DNA from: a virus
Taxonomy: Duplodnaviria; Caudoviricetes
Strand: one strand, 5' to 3'
IMG/VR virus record: IMGVR_UViG_3300032333_000173
Span: 1-35,348 of that record
DNA length: 35,348 nucleotides
Shown: positions 7,756 through 14,190 of the stretch, piece after piece
Numbering within the stretch: position 1 is the first letter of the stretch
Layout of the letters: the number at the start of each line of letters is the position of its first letter
Translations under genes and position numbers: made by a program
Notes under the pieces: model-generated
Database searches by the model: none
The model's input: only the letters and a program-made list of their open reading frames with translations
Told to the model about the DNA's origin: nothing

Positions 7756-7832
7756 TACACCCTCTTTTCTGATTTTTTAGACTTTTCTGTCTGCTTGTTA
7801 ATTCAGTATAGCATATATACGAATCTTGTCAA
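7756..7832 (-). promoter_or_regulatory. Early promoter-leader cassette, copy 2
   Basis: TTGACA (7827-7832), 16 nt, TATACT (7805-7810). Hairpin AGAC-AGAAAA-GTCT (7779-7792), then AAAAAATCAGAAAAGAGGGTG. Confidence 0.85.
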
Positions 7833-7835
7833 CAG

Positions 7836-8114
7836 TTATTTGTAGCGAATCTTTCTGTTCATTTCAGCGAAAAGAGCCCTATTCTCAGCAGTCCATCTTT
7901 TGGCCTGGGCTGTTCTTATGTTCTTCTTAGCCGTCTCTGAAAATTCACCGCGAAGCTTTGCGCGTCCTATCAGTTTCTTGAAAATCTGTTCAACTCTTTG
8001 ACGAGAGCATCCAAGCTCTAAAGCGATTGCTTGATATGTTTTATTTTCTTTCTCTGATTTCAGCAAAAAATCTATCATGTCAGACATTGCAATGATTTTG
8101 ATCTTAGTCATCAA
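7836..8114 (-). CDS. HTH DNA-binding protein (sigma region 4-like), 92 aa
   Basis: TYQAIALELGCSRQRVEQI, followed by a basic NUMOD3-like tail. Confidence 0.75.
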   Translation of the reverse strand: MMTKIKIIAMSDMIDFLLKSEKENKTYQAIALELGCSRQRVEQIFKKLIGRAKLRGEFSETAKKNIRTAQAKRWTAENRALFAEMNRKIRYK

Positions 8115-8353
8115 TATCCCCTTTTTTCTGTCCAGAATTTACGAGTAAGATCCTTGATTTCAAATTCCTTTTCTCGAATCGATTGCCTGGATTTACTGAT
8201 TGCCATGGATAAATCTTTTTTCTTTGCGTCCAAGTCAATCATTGACCGCTCAATCTCATGCTTTGCGTCTGCGATAACTGCGTGAGATTTCCATAAGTCA
8301 GCAAGGTCTTTCTCAGCTTGAGCTATTAGATTCTCGGTGTGTTGGAATGTCAT
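8111..8353 (-). CDS. Coiled-coil hypothetical protein, 80 aa
   Basis: TAATG coupling and heptad pattern. Confidence 0.7.
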   Translation of the reverse strand: MTFQHTENLIAQAEKDLADLWKSHAVIADAKHEIERSMIDLDAKKKDLSMAISKSRQSIREKEFEIKDLTRKFWTEKRGY

Positions 8354-8565
8354 TAGAAAGGCACTCCAGAAACGTCTTCAAAATTTCCAGCTGGCTCTTC
8401 TCTTAATTGCTTTGGCAAAATAACAAAGTCAGGCTTATTGGGCGTGTCTTTGTATTTATTTTCAAAAGCAACGAATGGGATTTTTTTACCGTCTATTTCA
8501 ATTTGACCGCTTAAAAAAGAACCCTTTGTCCCTTTTCGTTTCCAGATTCCTCCGATGTTTGCCAT
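8353..8565 (-). CDS. Small ssDNA-binding-like protein (DUF736-like), 70 aa
   Basis: IGGIWKR...FLSGQI...F.NK.K...PDF, with an acidic SSB-type tail EDVSGVPF. Confidence 0.75.
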   Translation of the reverse strand: MANIGGIWKRKGTKGSFLSGQIEIDGKKIPFVAFENKYKDTPNKPDFVILPKQLREEPAGNFEDVSGVPF

Positions 8566-8951
8566 TATTTTTCCTTCTTTCTAGTGACTTTCAAATAGGT
8601 AGCCCCTTCAACCTTTTCAATCGCTTCGCTCTTTGGAAAACATGCCATGAACTTGTCATCGTCTAAAATATAGAACTGCTTTAGACTCATGCCAGCTTGA
8701 ATAATTTCGTCCTCAGCTTTCAGATAATTTAAACGTGCCTTAGTCTGCTTAACTTTCGTAAAAATGAAGCCGTCTTTAGTAAGCGAATCAATTCCGGTTT
8801 TCCCTAACTCCAAAAGCATTTTGATCTTGAATTGTGAGTATTCATACTCAAGATCCTTTAGCTCTTTTTTCTTGGCCTCTATTTTATCCATCAAAGATCC
8901 GAACGAATCATCGCTTATTAGGTTATCAATTACTTGCTGTAATGCGTTCAT
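8565..8951 (-). CDS. Coiled-coil protein of the recombination module, 128 aa
   Basis: Coupled between the annealase-like and SSB-like genes. Confidence 0.65.
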   Translation of the reverse strand: MNALQQVIDNLISDDSFGSLMDKIEAKKKELKDLEYEYSQFKIKMLLELGKTGIDSLTKDGFIFTKVKQTKARLNYLKAEDEIIQAGMSLKQFYILDDDKFMACFPKSEAIEKVEGATYLKVTRKKEK

Positions 8952-9493
8952 TTTACACCCGCTTTCAAAGGCTTAGACAAAAGTCCATCTCGAACCTTAA
9001 TTAGATTTTGAATGAATGCCTCGTCTAGCGTGTCCGCGCCTAAAGCTATCATCAGTTTTTGTTGATCGAATTCCCTAGTCAAAAAAAGCTCATTTATCTC
9101 ATCGATTAATTCTCTTCGAGAACTCTTTGATTTTTCTTCTATTTGCTCTACCTTTTGTTCTAATCTTGTTTCTTGCCCAACTGCCTCAAAAGCCTCGTCA
9201 TAACTCGCTATGCCAGCATCTAATCCTATTCCAGCAATCCCCAATGCTCTTCCGATGGCTCTAGTTTCACATTTTTCTAGCTCAAATTCTTTTGATATGT
9301 CTTTTGAAGCATGTCCGGTAGCTACAATTTTTCCATCAATCAAAACTTTCGCGCTAGCAACTGCCTTATTTCCAAATACTTGGATATCAGTCTCAATTGA
9401 TCCGTTCTCATATTTGTCTTTGAAAAATTTCAACCGCTCAACTACTTGGACATAGTCTTTGCCCTTGAATTTCATTTTGATCATTTCGTACAT
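8948..9493 (-). CDS. Putative single-strand annealing protein (Rad52/Sak-like fold), 181 aa
   Basis: KGKDYVQVVERL...ATGHA...LEKCETRAIGRALG. Next to an SSB-like gene. Confidence 0.7.
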   Translation of the reverse strand: MYEMIKMKFKGKDYVQVVERLKFFKDKYENGSIETDIQVFGNKAVASAKVLIDGKIVATGHASKDISKEFELEKCETRAIGRALGIAGIGLDAGIASYDEAFEAVGQETRLEQKVEQIEEKSKSSRRELIDEINELFLTREFDQQKLMIALGADTLDEAFIQNLIKVRDGLLSKPLKAGVK

Positions 9494-9570
9494 ATAGCAC
9501 CCTCTTTTCTGATTTTAAAGTGTTTTCTCACTTGTTGAATTGATTATATCAAACATTCGAACTTTTGCAA
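9494..9570 (-). promoter_or_regulatory. Early promoter-leader cassette, copy 3
   Basis: TTGCAA (9565-9570), 16 nt, TATAAT (9543-9548). Hairpin AAGTG-AGAAAA-CACTT (9518-9533), then TAAAATCAGAAAAGAGGGTG. Confidence 0.85.
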
Positions 9571-9713
9571 GCGTTATTTTTAAAATCATATTCAAGGATT
9601 CCAAACTGAAAAGCCAGTCTAAAATTCTTATAATCATGCTCATACTGGAATTGTGGGTCATACCAACAACCTAATTGATGATCTATTCTCAAATTTTTGT
9701 CTGTGTATTTCAT
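9549..9713 (-). CDS. Hypothetical protein (probable start MKYTDK)
   Basis: AAAGGGG SD. The 3' end overlaps promoter 3. Confidence 0.45.
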   Translation of the reverse strand: MKYTDKNLRIDHQLGCWYDPQFQYEHDYKNFRLAFQFGILEYDFKNNACKSSNV

Positions 9714-9825
9714 AACTAACCCCTTTCTCATTTGTAACTTTCAAACTGTCTTGATTAATCTTTTTGATCTTACTCAAAACTTGCACATTCTCGCTTAGAT
9801 TCAGCTCCATTTCGTAGTGATACAT
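9658..9825 (-). CDS. Hypothetical protein, 55 aa (MYHYEMELNL...)
   Basis: Strong GGAGGTG SD. Confidence 0.55.
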   Translation of the reverse strand: MYHYEMELNLSENVQVLSKIKKINQDSLKVTNEKGVSYEIHRQKFENRSSIRLLV

Positions 9826-9874
9826 TTTCTTCACCTCCCTATAAGTTTCTACCCACTTATCGGAGTTATATACG

Positions 9875-10105
9875 TCACTTATGTATTCGTTTTTTCTGTT
9901 CTTTTGTTCTTTGAGCTATGCATGACAAAAACTCTTGATAAATTTTATTAGGGCTAACCTTCAACAACATCATTTCCTGAAGAAAACGCGCCTTATCAAA
10001 AACAACATAAACAGATTTACAAAACTCATCAATTTCTTCGCATTGATTCTCAATAACTTTCATCGCTAATTCAACCTCTTTATCTCTTTTAAAAAGCTTA
10101 AACAT
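9875..10105 (-). CDS. Hypothetical protein, 76 aa
   Basis: AAGGAG SD. Confidence 0.7.
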   Translation of the reverse strand: MFKLFKRDKEVELAMKVIENQCEEIDEFCKSVYVVFDKARFLQEMMLLKVSPNKIYQEFLSCIAQRTKEQKKRIHK

Positions 10106-10236
10106 TTAATTACTCCTTATTATTTTATTTAAAATCAAAGTCCCACTTTTTACGGGATTTAACCCAGTCTCAAAATCTGATATATTAATACTGTCTAGGG
10201 TATCAATATTCAGGTAGTTAATTCTTTTATGCCCGC

Positions 10237-10389
10237 CTATTTACTGGTCAAAGAGAGCTTATATTCTTTATAAGCCTCTATGACTTTGTCTTCCCAATAT
10301 TGGCATTCATTTTTTAATGAATAGTCTTTTTTAAATTCTTCGAAAATTGGTAAAAGATAATGACTCACAAAAGTGTCTAAATTTTCCAT
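10237..10389 (-). CDS. Hypothetical protein, 50 aa (MENLDTFVSHYLLPIFEEF...)
   Basis: AAAGGAG SD; TAG at 10237-10239. Confidence 0.6.
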   Translation of the reverse strand: MENLDTFVSHYLLPIFEEFKKDYSLKNECQYWEDKVIEAYKEYKLSLTSK

Positions 10390-10399
10390 AAACTCTCCT

Positions 10400-10550
10400 T
10401 TCTGCCTAATAGGTCTTTTATCACAATCACCCGTTAAGGCTTCCCGTTGTGAGCAGAGTGGTCAACTGCATGACGGCTTCCAGATTAACTTCACGTCTCA
10501 GATTTACAGCTGGCTGAGTCCAGTGCATTGATTATCCGTTTGCTCGGCAT
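10400..10550 (-). other. Non-coding region with nested inverted repeats (structured RNA or origin candidate)
   Basis: Pairings GAGCA/TGCTC, TCAA-TGCA/TGCA-G-TTGA, CTCAG/CTGAG, TCACAA/TTGTGA. GC-richer than the flanks, with no credible ORF. Confidence 0.4.
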
Positions 10551-10567
10551 TTATTTTTGTTGGGAAT

Positions 10568-10603
10568 AAAAGAAAAACCCCAACTGTTCGAGGCAATTGG
10601 GGC
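10568..10603 (-). terminator. Rho-independent terminator
   Basis: 10-bp stem, 7-nt loop, TTTTCTTTT tail. Confidence 0.85.
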
Positions 10604-10641
10604 TAATTTAGATTAAATTAATACCGCTACCTCGAATAGCT
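10568..10641 (-). ncRNA. Three-hairpin RNA or attenuator with complementary loops
   Basis: GCTA-TTCGAGG-TAGC, then TAATTTA-ATC-TAAATTA, then GCCCCAATTG-CCTCGAA-CAGTTGGGGT plus T tract. A possible promoter TTTACT-17-TTTAAT lies just upstream. Confidence 0.6.
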
Positions 10642-10753
10642 AAATCAATTAAAAAACATTTTCAAACAAAAGTAAACTGTTTTTTTCAATGTATATAAAA
10701 GTTAATACGGTTTATGAAGTATTTTGAAGTCGAGCATCAACTTGGAGGGCAAG

Positions 10754-11410
10754 TCAATGCTCTGACTCCACCATTTTTTTTCTATTTTTTTTATTTGTAA
10801 ATATAGGTGTGTCAATTGCTTTTTTGACATCCCACCCCCTACGTATTCTTGCTCCGACGCAAGAATATTTATGCTTTAAATTCTTCATTCTTAAAATTTC
10901 AACTAATGGAATGCATTTTCCATTGTATGTGACAACTTTAGTATTCCGTTTATTAATTGAATTTTGATAAGGCGTAACAAATCTGCAGTTATCAGGTGAA
11001 TACCCTAAATCATTATTTATTCTATCTATCTGTAGACCCTCCTTAAAACCATTTCTTAATGCCCACGTTTTAAAATCTATAAAACTTTTTTGCCAATTTT
11101 CGCAAACAGATATCCCTCTGTCTTTATAAAGATGCTTTTGTACGAGAGGATTGTTACATCTGGTTCGCATTCCTCTCCAAGTGTTATAAATCTTAGAATG
11201 GCTAAACCCATGTCTTTCTGGCTGAATGCATCCACATGATTTAATTCTGCCTCTTACTAAATGAAGTAACCGAACTTTTTTAAACGAACCGCACTCACAT
11301 TGAGTTAAAAAAAATCTATTTATTTGACCACAAGGAATTCTCTCACTTTTCAATTCATTAATTACAGTTAGTTTATTAAACTTATCACCTGTATTAATAT
11401 TTAATCTCAT
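10754..11410 (-). CDS. HNH homing-endonuclease-type protein, 218 aa
   Basis: CECG...SCGC; YNTWRGMRTRC.NP; RGISVC..W; IDRINNDLGYSPDNCRFVT...N.R. Confidence 0.88.
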   Translation of the reverse strand: MRLNINTGDKFNKLTVINELKSERIPCGQINRFFLTQCECGSFKKVRLLHLVRGRIKSCGCIQPERHGFSHSKIYNTWRGMRTRCNNPLVQKHLYKDRGISVCENWQKSFIDFKTWALRNGFKEGLQIDRINNDLGYSPDNCRFVTPYQNSINKRNTKVVTYNGKCIPLVEILRMKNLKHKYSCVGARIRRGWDVKKAIDTPIFTNKKNRKKMVESEH

Positions 11411-11433
11411 AACTTATATTATATAATGCGTTT

Positions 11434-11817
11434 TCACTTTTCACAGCTATATTTTTTAATCATTGATCTTAATTCATCAAGAGTAAAATGCCGGCTTTGC
11501 TTCCATTTTATCCTCATATCATCTAGCCATTCACGCCCTCTAAGTTTTTCAAATAAGCGATAGAATTCTAGTGGAACGTGCTCCATAGCCATATTATGCC
11601 CAAAACAAGAGCAAACACAGTTTTCCTCATCCCATCTTGTTGATGTAGAAACCCTGGATAAAATGTGAAAATTACACATCGGACCACCGCATTGCCCAAT
11701 TTTATAAGTTTCTGAATTTCTACCTTTAAAAAAACAAGTATTAGAATCTCTTTCTCTAATAAACTTTGAAAATACAGCATCAAGCTTTTTTTTTAGTTTT
11801 GATCGATTCTCTTTCAT
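11434..11817 (-). CDS. NinG/Rap-like recombination endonuclease, 127 aa
   Basis: LKKKLDAVFSKFIRERD...H..SR..TSTRWDEENC...C..HN. Confidence 0.82.
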   Translation of the reverse strand: MKENRSKLKKKLDAVFSKFIRERDSNTCFFKGRNSETYKIGQCGGPMCNFHILSRVSTSTRWDEENCVCSCFGHNMAMEHVPLEFYRLFEKLRGREWLDDMRIKWKQSRHFTLDELRSMIKKYSCEK

Positions 11818-11984
11818 CTGGTCATCTCCCTAGACTTCGCATCTTCCGACCAGGTAAACCCGCACCTTAGACATTCATAAATTGAAATACGTTTAGAGTT
11901 AGGACTTTTCCCACGCACTACCTCGGAGATTTGTTTAGAATTAGTTGAACCACATTTTTCACACGGGAATTTGTTTTGTCTCAT
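11814..11984 (-). CDS. Zinc-ribbon protein, 56 aa (not in ORF track)
   Basis: MRQNKFPCEKCGS...IYECLRCGFTW. ATGA coupling at both ends. Confidence 0.75.
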   Translation of the reverse strand: MRQNKFPCEKCGSTNSKQISEVVRGKSPNSKRISIYECLRCGFTWSEDAKSREMTR

Positions 11985-12151
11985 TCGCTGATCCTGATTG
12001 TTATATGGCTCTTTTTGTCTTCCTTAACGTTCTTAGTTCGTTTAACAAAAGTCCACGCGGTGACTTTATTTCCAAAAGTAATTTGAGTTAACTCATGATC
12101 TTTTGGTATTTTACTTTTCTTGGTAAATGTACTTAGTATTCTGTTTTTCAT
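11981..12151 (-). CDS. Small basic protein, 56 aa (MKNRILSTFTKK...)
   Basis: GAGGGTG SD 6 nt before ATG; coupled to the next gene. Confidence 0.65.
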   Translation of the reverse strand: MKNRILSTFTKKSKIPKDHELTQITFGNKVTAWTFVKRTKNVKEDKKSHITIRISE

Positions 12152-12203
12152 TTTTTCCACCCTCTGGAGGCGGCGAGGGTGTCACCGCCCCAAAAAAATT
12201 CTA
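12152..12203 (-). promoter_or_regulatory. -10 box plus GC-rich leader with alternative hairpins
   Basis: TAGAAT (12198-12203). GGGGCGGTGA/TCGCCGCCTC competes with CACCCTC/GAGGGTG (the SD). Confidence 0.55.
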
Positions 12204-12230
12204 CTCTATGCCCTTAAATCAAATCATAAA

Positions 12231-12461
12231 TCAAAAATATAAATCGTCAAGCTCTCGCCTCGTTCTTGTCCCTATCTCACGGCTTCGAATCACTTTGTTT
12301 TTCTTCGCTATTGCGTCCTGTTTTTTAGCCGAACGCAGGTATTTCCCGAGTTGTCCTTTCAACGCCACAAGCATTTTAGAACGCCCAGGAAGCTCTATAT
12401 CGGCTATTTCGTCCAGTATTTTCTTGATGTCTAGAATTAAATAATATGACTGTTGATTCAT
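12231..12461 (-). CDS. Basic hypothetical protein, 76 aa
   Basis: GAGGGTG SD; Arg-rich C-terminus. Confidence 0.65.
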   Translation of the reverse strand: MNQQSYYLILDIKKILDEIADIELPGRSKMLVALKGQLGKYLRSAKKQDAIAKKNKVIRSREIGTRTRRELDDLYF

Positions 12462-12484
12462 GGTTCACCCTCTTTCATTAAATC

Positions 12485-12925
12485 CTAAAACTTGTATGGC
12501 AAATATACAATACCTTTTTTTGTTTTGTTTGCTATTAAGAATTGATTCCGCAAGTCCTTTGGGTCATAAGATAAATGCACCCATCCAAACTCGAGTATGC
12601 ATTGAGTGAACTGTAACTTCTTGTTTTTAATAATTCCTAGAAAATCCCTTGTGGAATATTTAACAGGCACACAATCAGCTGCCATGCCTTTGGTGTGGTG
12701 TGATGTGATGCTGGAGCCTATAGCTTTGTTTAAATCAGGGCATCGATACCCAGAGCTTATTCTGAATTTATCTATCGCATAAAACGGTTCCAGTAAATTC
12801 ACGCACAGGGCCTTTAAGTTGTCTATTTGTTGTTGATTGGGATAGTTAGGGATGTTTAATCTTTGCGCTGTTTCACTGAAAATTAATTGATCAATCGTGA
12901 AATTTTTTGACAGATAAACACTCAT
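12485..12925 (-). CDS. Endolysin, peptidase M15A family, 146 aa
   Basis: LSKNFT..., ISSGYRC..LN.AIG...TSHH.KG.AAD, WVHLSY. Confidence 0.92.
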   Translation of the reverse strand: MSVYLSKNFTIDQLIFSETAQRLNIPNYPNQQQIDNLKALCVNLLEPFYAIDKFRISSGYRCPDLNKAIGSSITSHHTKGMAADCVPVKYSTRDFLGIIKNKKLQFTQCILEFGWVHLSYDPKDLRNQFLIANKTKKGIVYLPYKF

Positions 12926-12930
12926 GCTTT

Positions 12931-12959
12931 ATTCTACCGATCCTGTGAAAAAATGTCCA
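12931..12959 (-). promoter_or_regulatory. Endolysin promoter (leaderless)
   Basis: TGGACA, 17 nt, TAGAAT, 5 nt, ATG. No SD. Confidence 0.65.
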
Positions 12960-13019
12960 AAATGTGGTTGGTTTACGAAATGGCTTCATGCTTCGATGCG
13001 CCATTGTTCTGAGTGTCAG

Positions 13020-13352
13020 TTATTCTTTCCGATGCCATTCGCTCATGAGAAGTGAAACGATAACATGGTAAACGTGAGGAAGTTGTGATTCTGAGTCTAA
13101 TAGTTCTGTGTTTGATTTTAATATATGCCTTAGAGCTGCCTTCTTAAATCGTTCTGTACCATCCGGCAAAGACTTCCAGTTATCACGGCTATAAATATGC
13201 TGCCCGTATTCAAATACTCGACAGATATTTTCCATCATTTCAAACTCAAGAAAACTCAAATCAATCTTATCATTATCGTGCTTAACCCCTACAAACCCAT
13301 TTATTTTCTGGGCCAACTGATCATCCGAGAATGAACCTTCCGCGTGAATCAT
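13020..13352 (-). CDS. dATP/dGTP diphosphohydrolase-domain protein (DUF5664); start revised to MIHAEG
   Basis: GVKHDNDK..., VFEYG..IY.RDNWK, AALRH, DSESQLPHV.H. ATGA coupling at 13349-13352. Confidence 0.85.
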   Translation of the reverse strand: MIHAEGSFSDDQLAQKINGFVGVKHDNDKIDLSFLEFEMMENICRVFEYGQHIYSRDNWKSLPDGTERFKKAALRHILKSNTELLDSESQLPHVYHVIVSLLMSEWHRKE

Positions 13353-13732
13353 TGACCGAACCCCCACAATGTAAATCCTGAAATAAAGTCTAAAACACTA
13401 ACGGCAATCAATGAACCACCGGCCAGCGGAAACCCTCCTACAGCGTATGCCGTAACGCCAAGCGTAAAGAACCCAAGTTCCCTAGCGTCCCAAAAGCCTA
13501 TTCTGTCTCGTTTATTTTGAATTGATTGATTGATTTGCTTTTGAAGTTCTAGGTTTCTTTGATCGCACTTCATCGCTAACGATTTTAACTCCCTCTCCCT
13601 GTTCGTCCACGTCTCCGTATTTGAGCTGTAGATAAGAGTATTCGATGTCGTTTTTTGCGTCGGAGAGCTTTCGGTCGAAAAACCTACCGAGCAAAACATA
13701 AAAAATATCAGAGATAATTTTAATAAATTCAT
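13349..13732 (-). CDS. Spanin-like lysis protein, 127 aa
   Basis: Signal/TM segment ending in Cys, then coiled coil, then C-terminal hydrophobic segment. Follows the holin with ATGA coupling. Confidence 0.55.
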   Translation of the reverse strand: MNLLKLSLIFFMFCSVGFSTESSPTQKTTSNTLIYSSNTETWTNRERELKSLAMKCDQRNLELQKQINQSIQNKRDRIGFWDARELGFFTLGVTAYAVGGFPLAGGSLIAVSVLDFISGFTLWGFGQ

Positions 13733-13736
13733 TCAC
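13512..13736 (-). CDS. Possible overlapping gene, 74 aa
   Basis: GTG start with GGGG SD 7 nt upstream, in another frame over 13349..13732. Confidence 0.35.
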   Translation of the reverse strand: MNEFIKIISDIFYVLLGRFFDRKLSDAKNDIEYSYLQLKYGDVDEQGEGVKIVSDEVRSKKPRTSKANQSINSK

Positions 13737-13914
13737 TTTGTTTCCCCTTTGGCATCATGTCATTTACTTTTTTTGTGGCCACAAGTCCAAGCCCGGCCAG
13801 TGCAATGGCCTCGGCTCCGTCTATTTTGTGCATCATTAAAATAGCCCCAACGCTAAAGGCAATAAATCCTATAAAATTTGTAAAAGTTATTTTGAAATCA
13901 ATCTTCATTGCCAT
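13729..13914 (-). CDS. Holin-like 2-TM protein, 61 aa
   Basis: Two hydrophobic helices, basic tail, dual Met start, position in the lysis cassette. Confidence 0.65.
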   Translation of the reverse strand: MAMKIDFKITFTNFIGFIAFSVGAILMMHKIDGAEAIALAGLGLVATKKVNDMMPKGKQSE

Positions 13915-14180
13915 TATAAATCGTCCTCATATTGTGAAAAATCATCAATTTTTTTTAATTGATCGTATGCCTCAGAAATAGAGTCAACGGGCACAATTAT
14001 GAATTCGCGAGTGCCTAGACATACTTTGTTATTTAACCTTGAGTCTTTATTCAGATAAATTCCGATAGTGACAATGGTCTCTTTTCCCCTGGAAACATCA
14101 AAATTGACCGAAATGGATTTTACCATGTGATAGCTCGCCACTACTCCTGTGTCTAATTCGATATCTTTTATAAATCCCAT
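13914..14180 (-). CDS. Tail-fibre-associated small protein, 88 aa
   Basis: Follows the fibre gene. TG..ASYH...AY..LK...F...ED pattern. Confidence 0.65.
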   Translation of the reverse strand: MGFIKDIELDTGVVASYHMVKSISVNFDVSRGKETIVTIGIYLNKDSRLNNKVCLGTREFIIVPVDSISEAYDQLKKIDDFSQYEDDL

Positions 14181-14190
14181 ACTTTCCTCC

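Noticed and set aside
10491-10550. 19-aa ORF MPSKRIINALDSASCKSET as a leader peptide
   Set aside because: No SD and no informative codon run; kept only as part of the structured region.
13020-13352. Z-genome (2-aminoadenine) pathway
   Set aside because: No purZ, DatZ-like hydrolase or DNA polymerase recognised.
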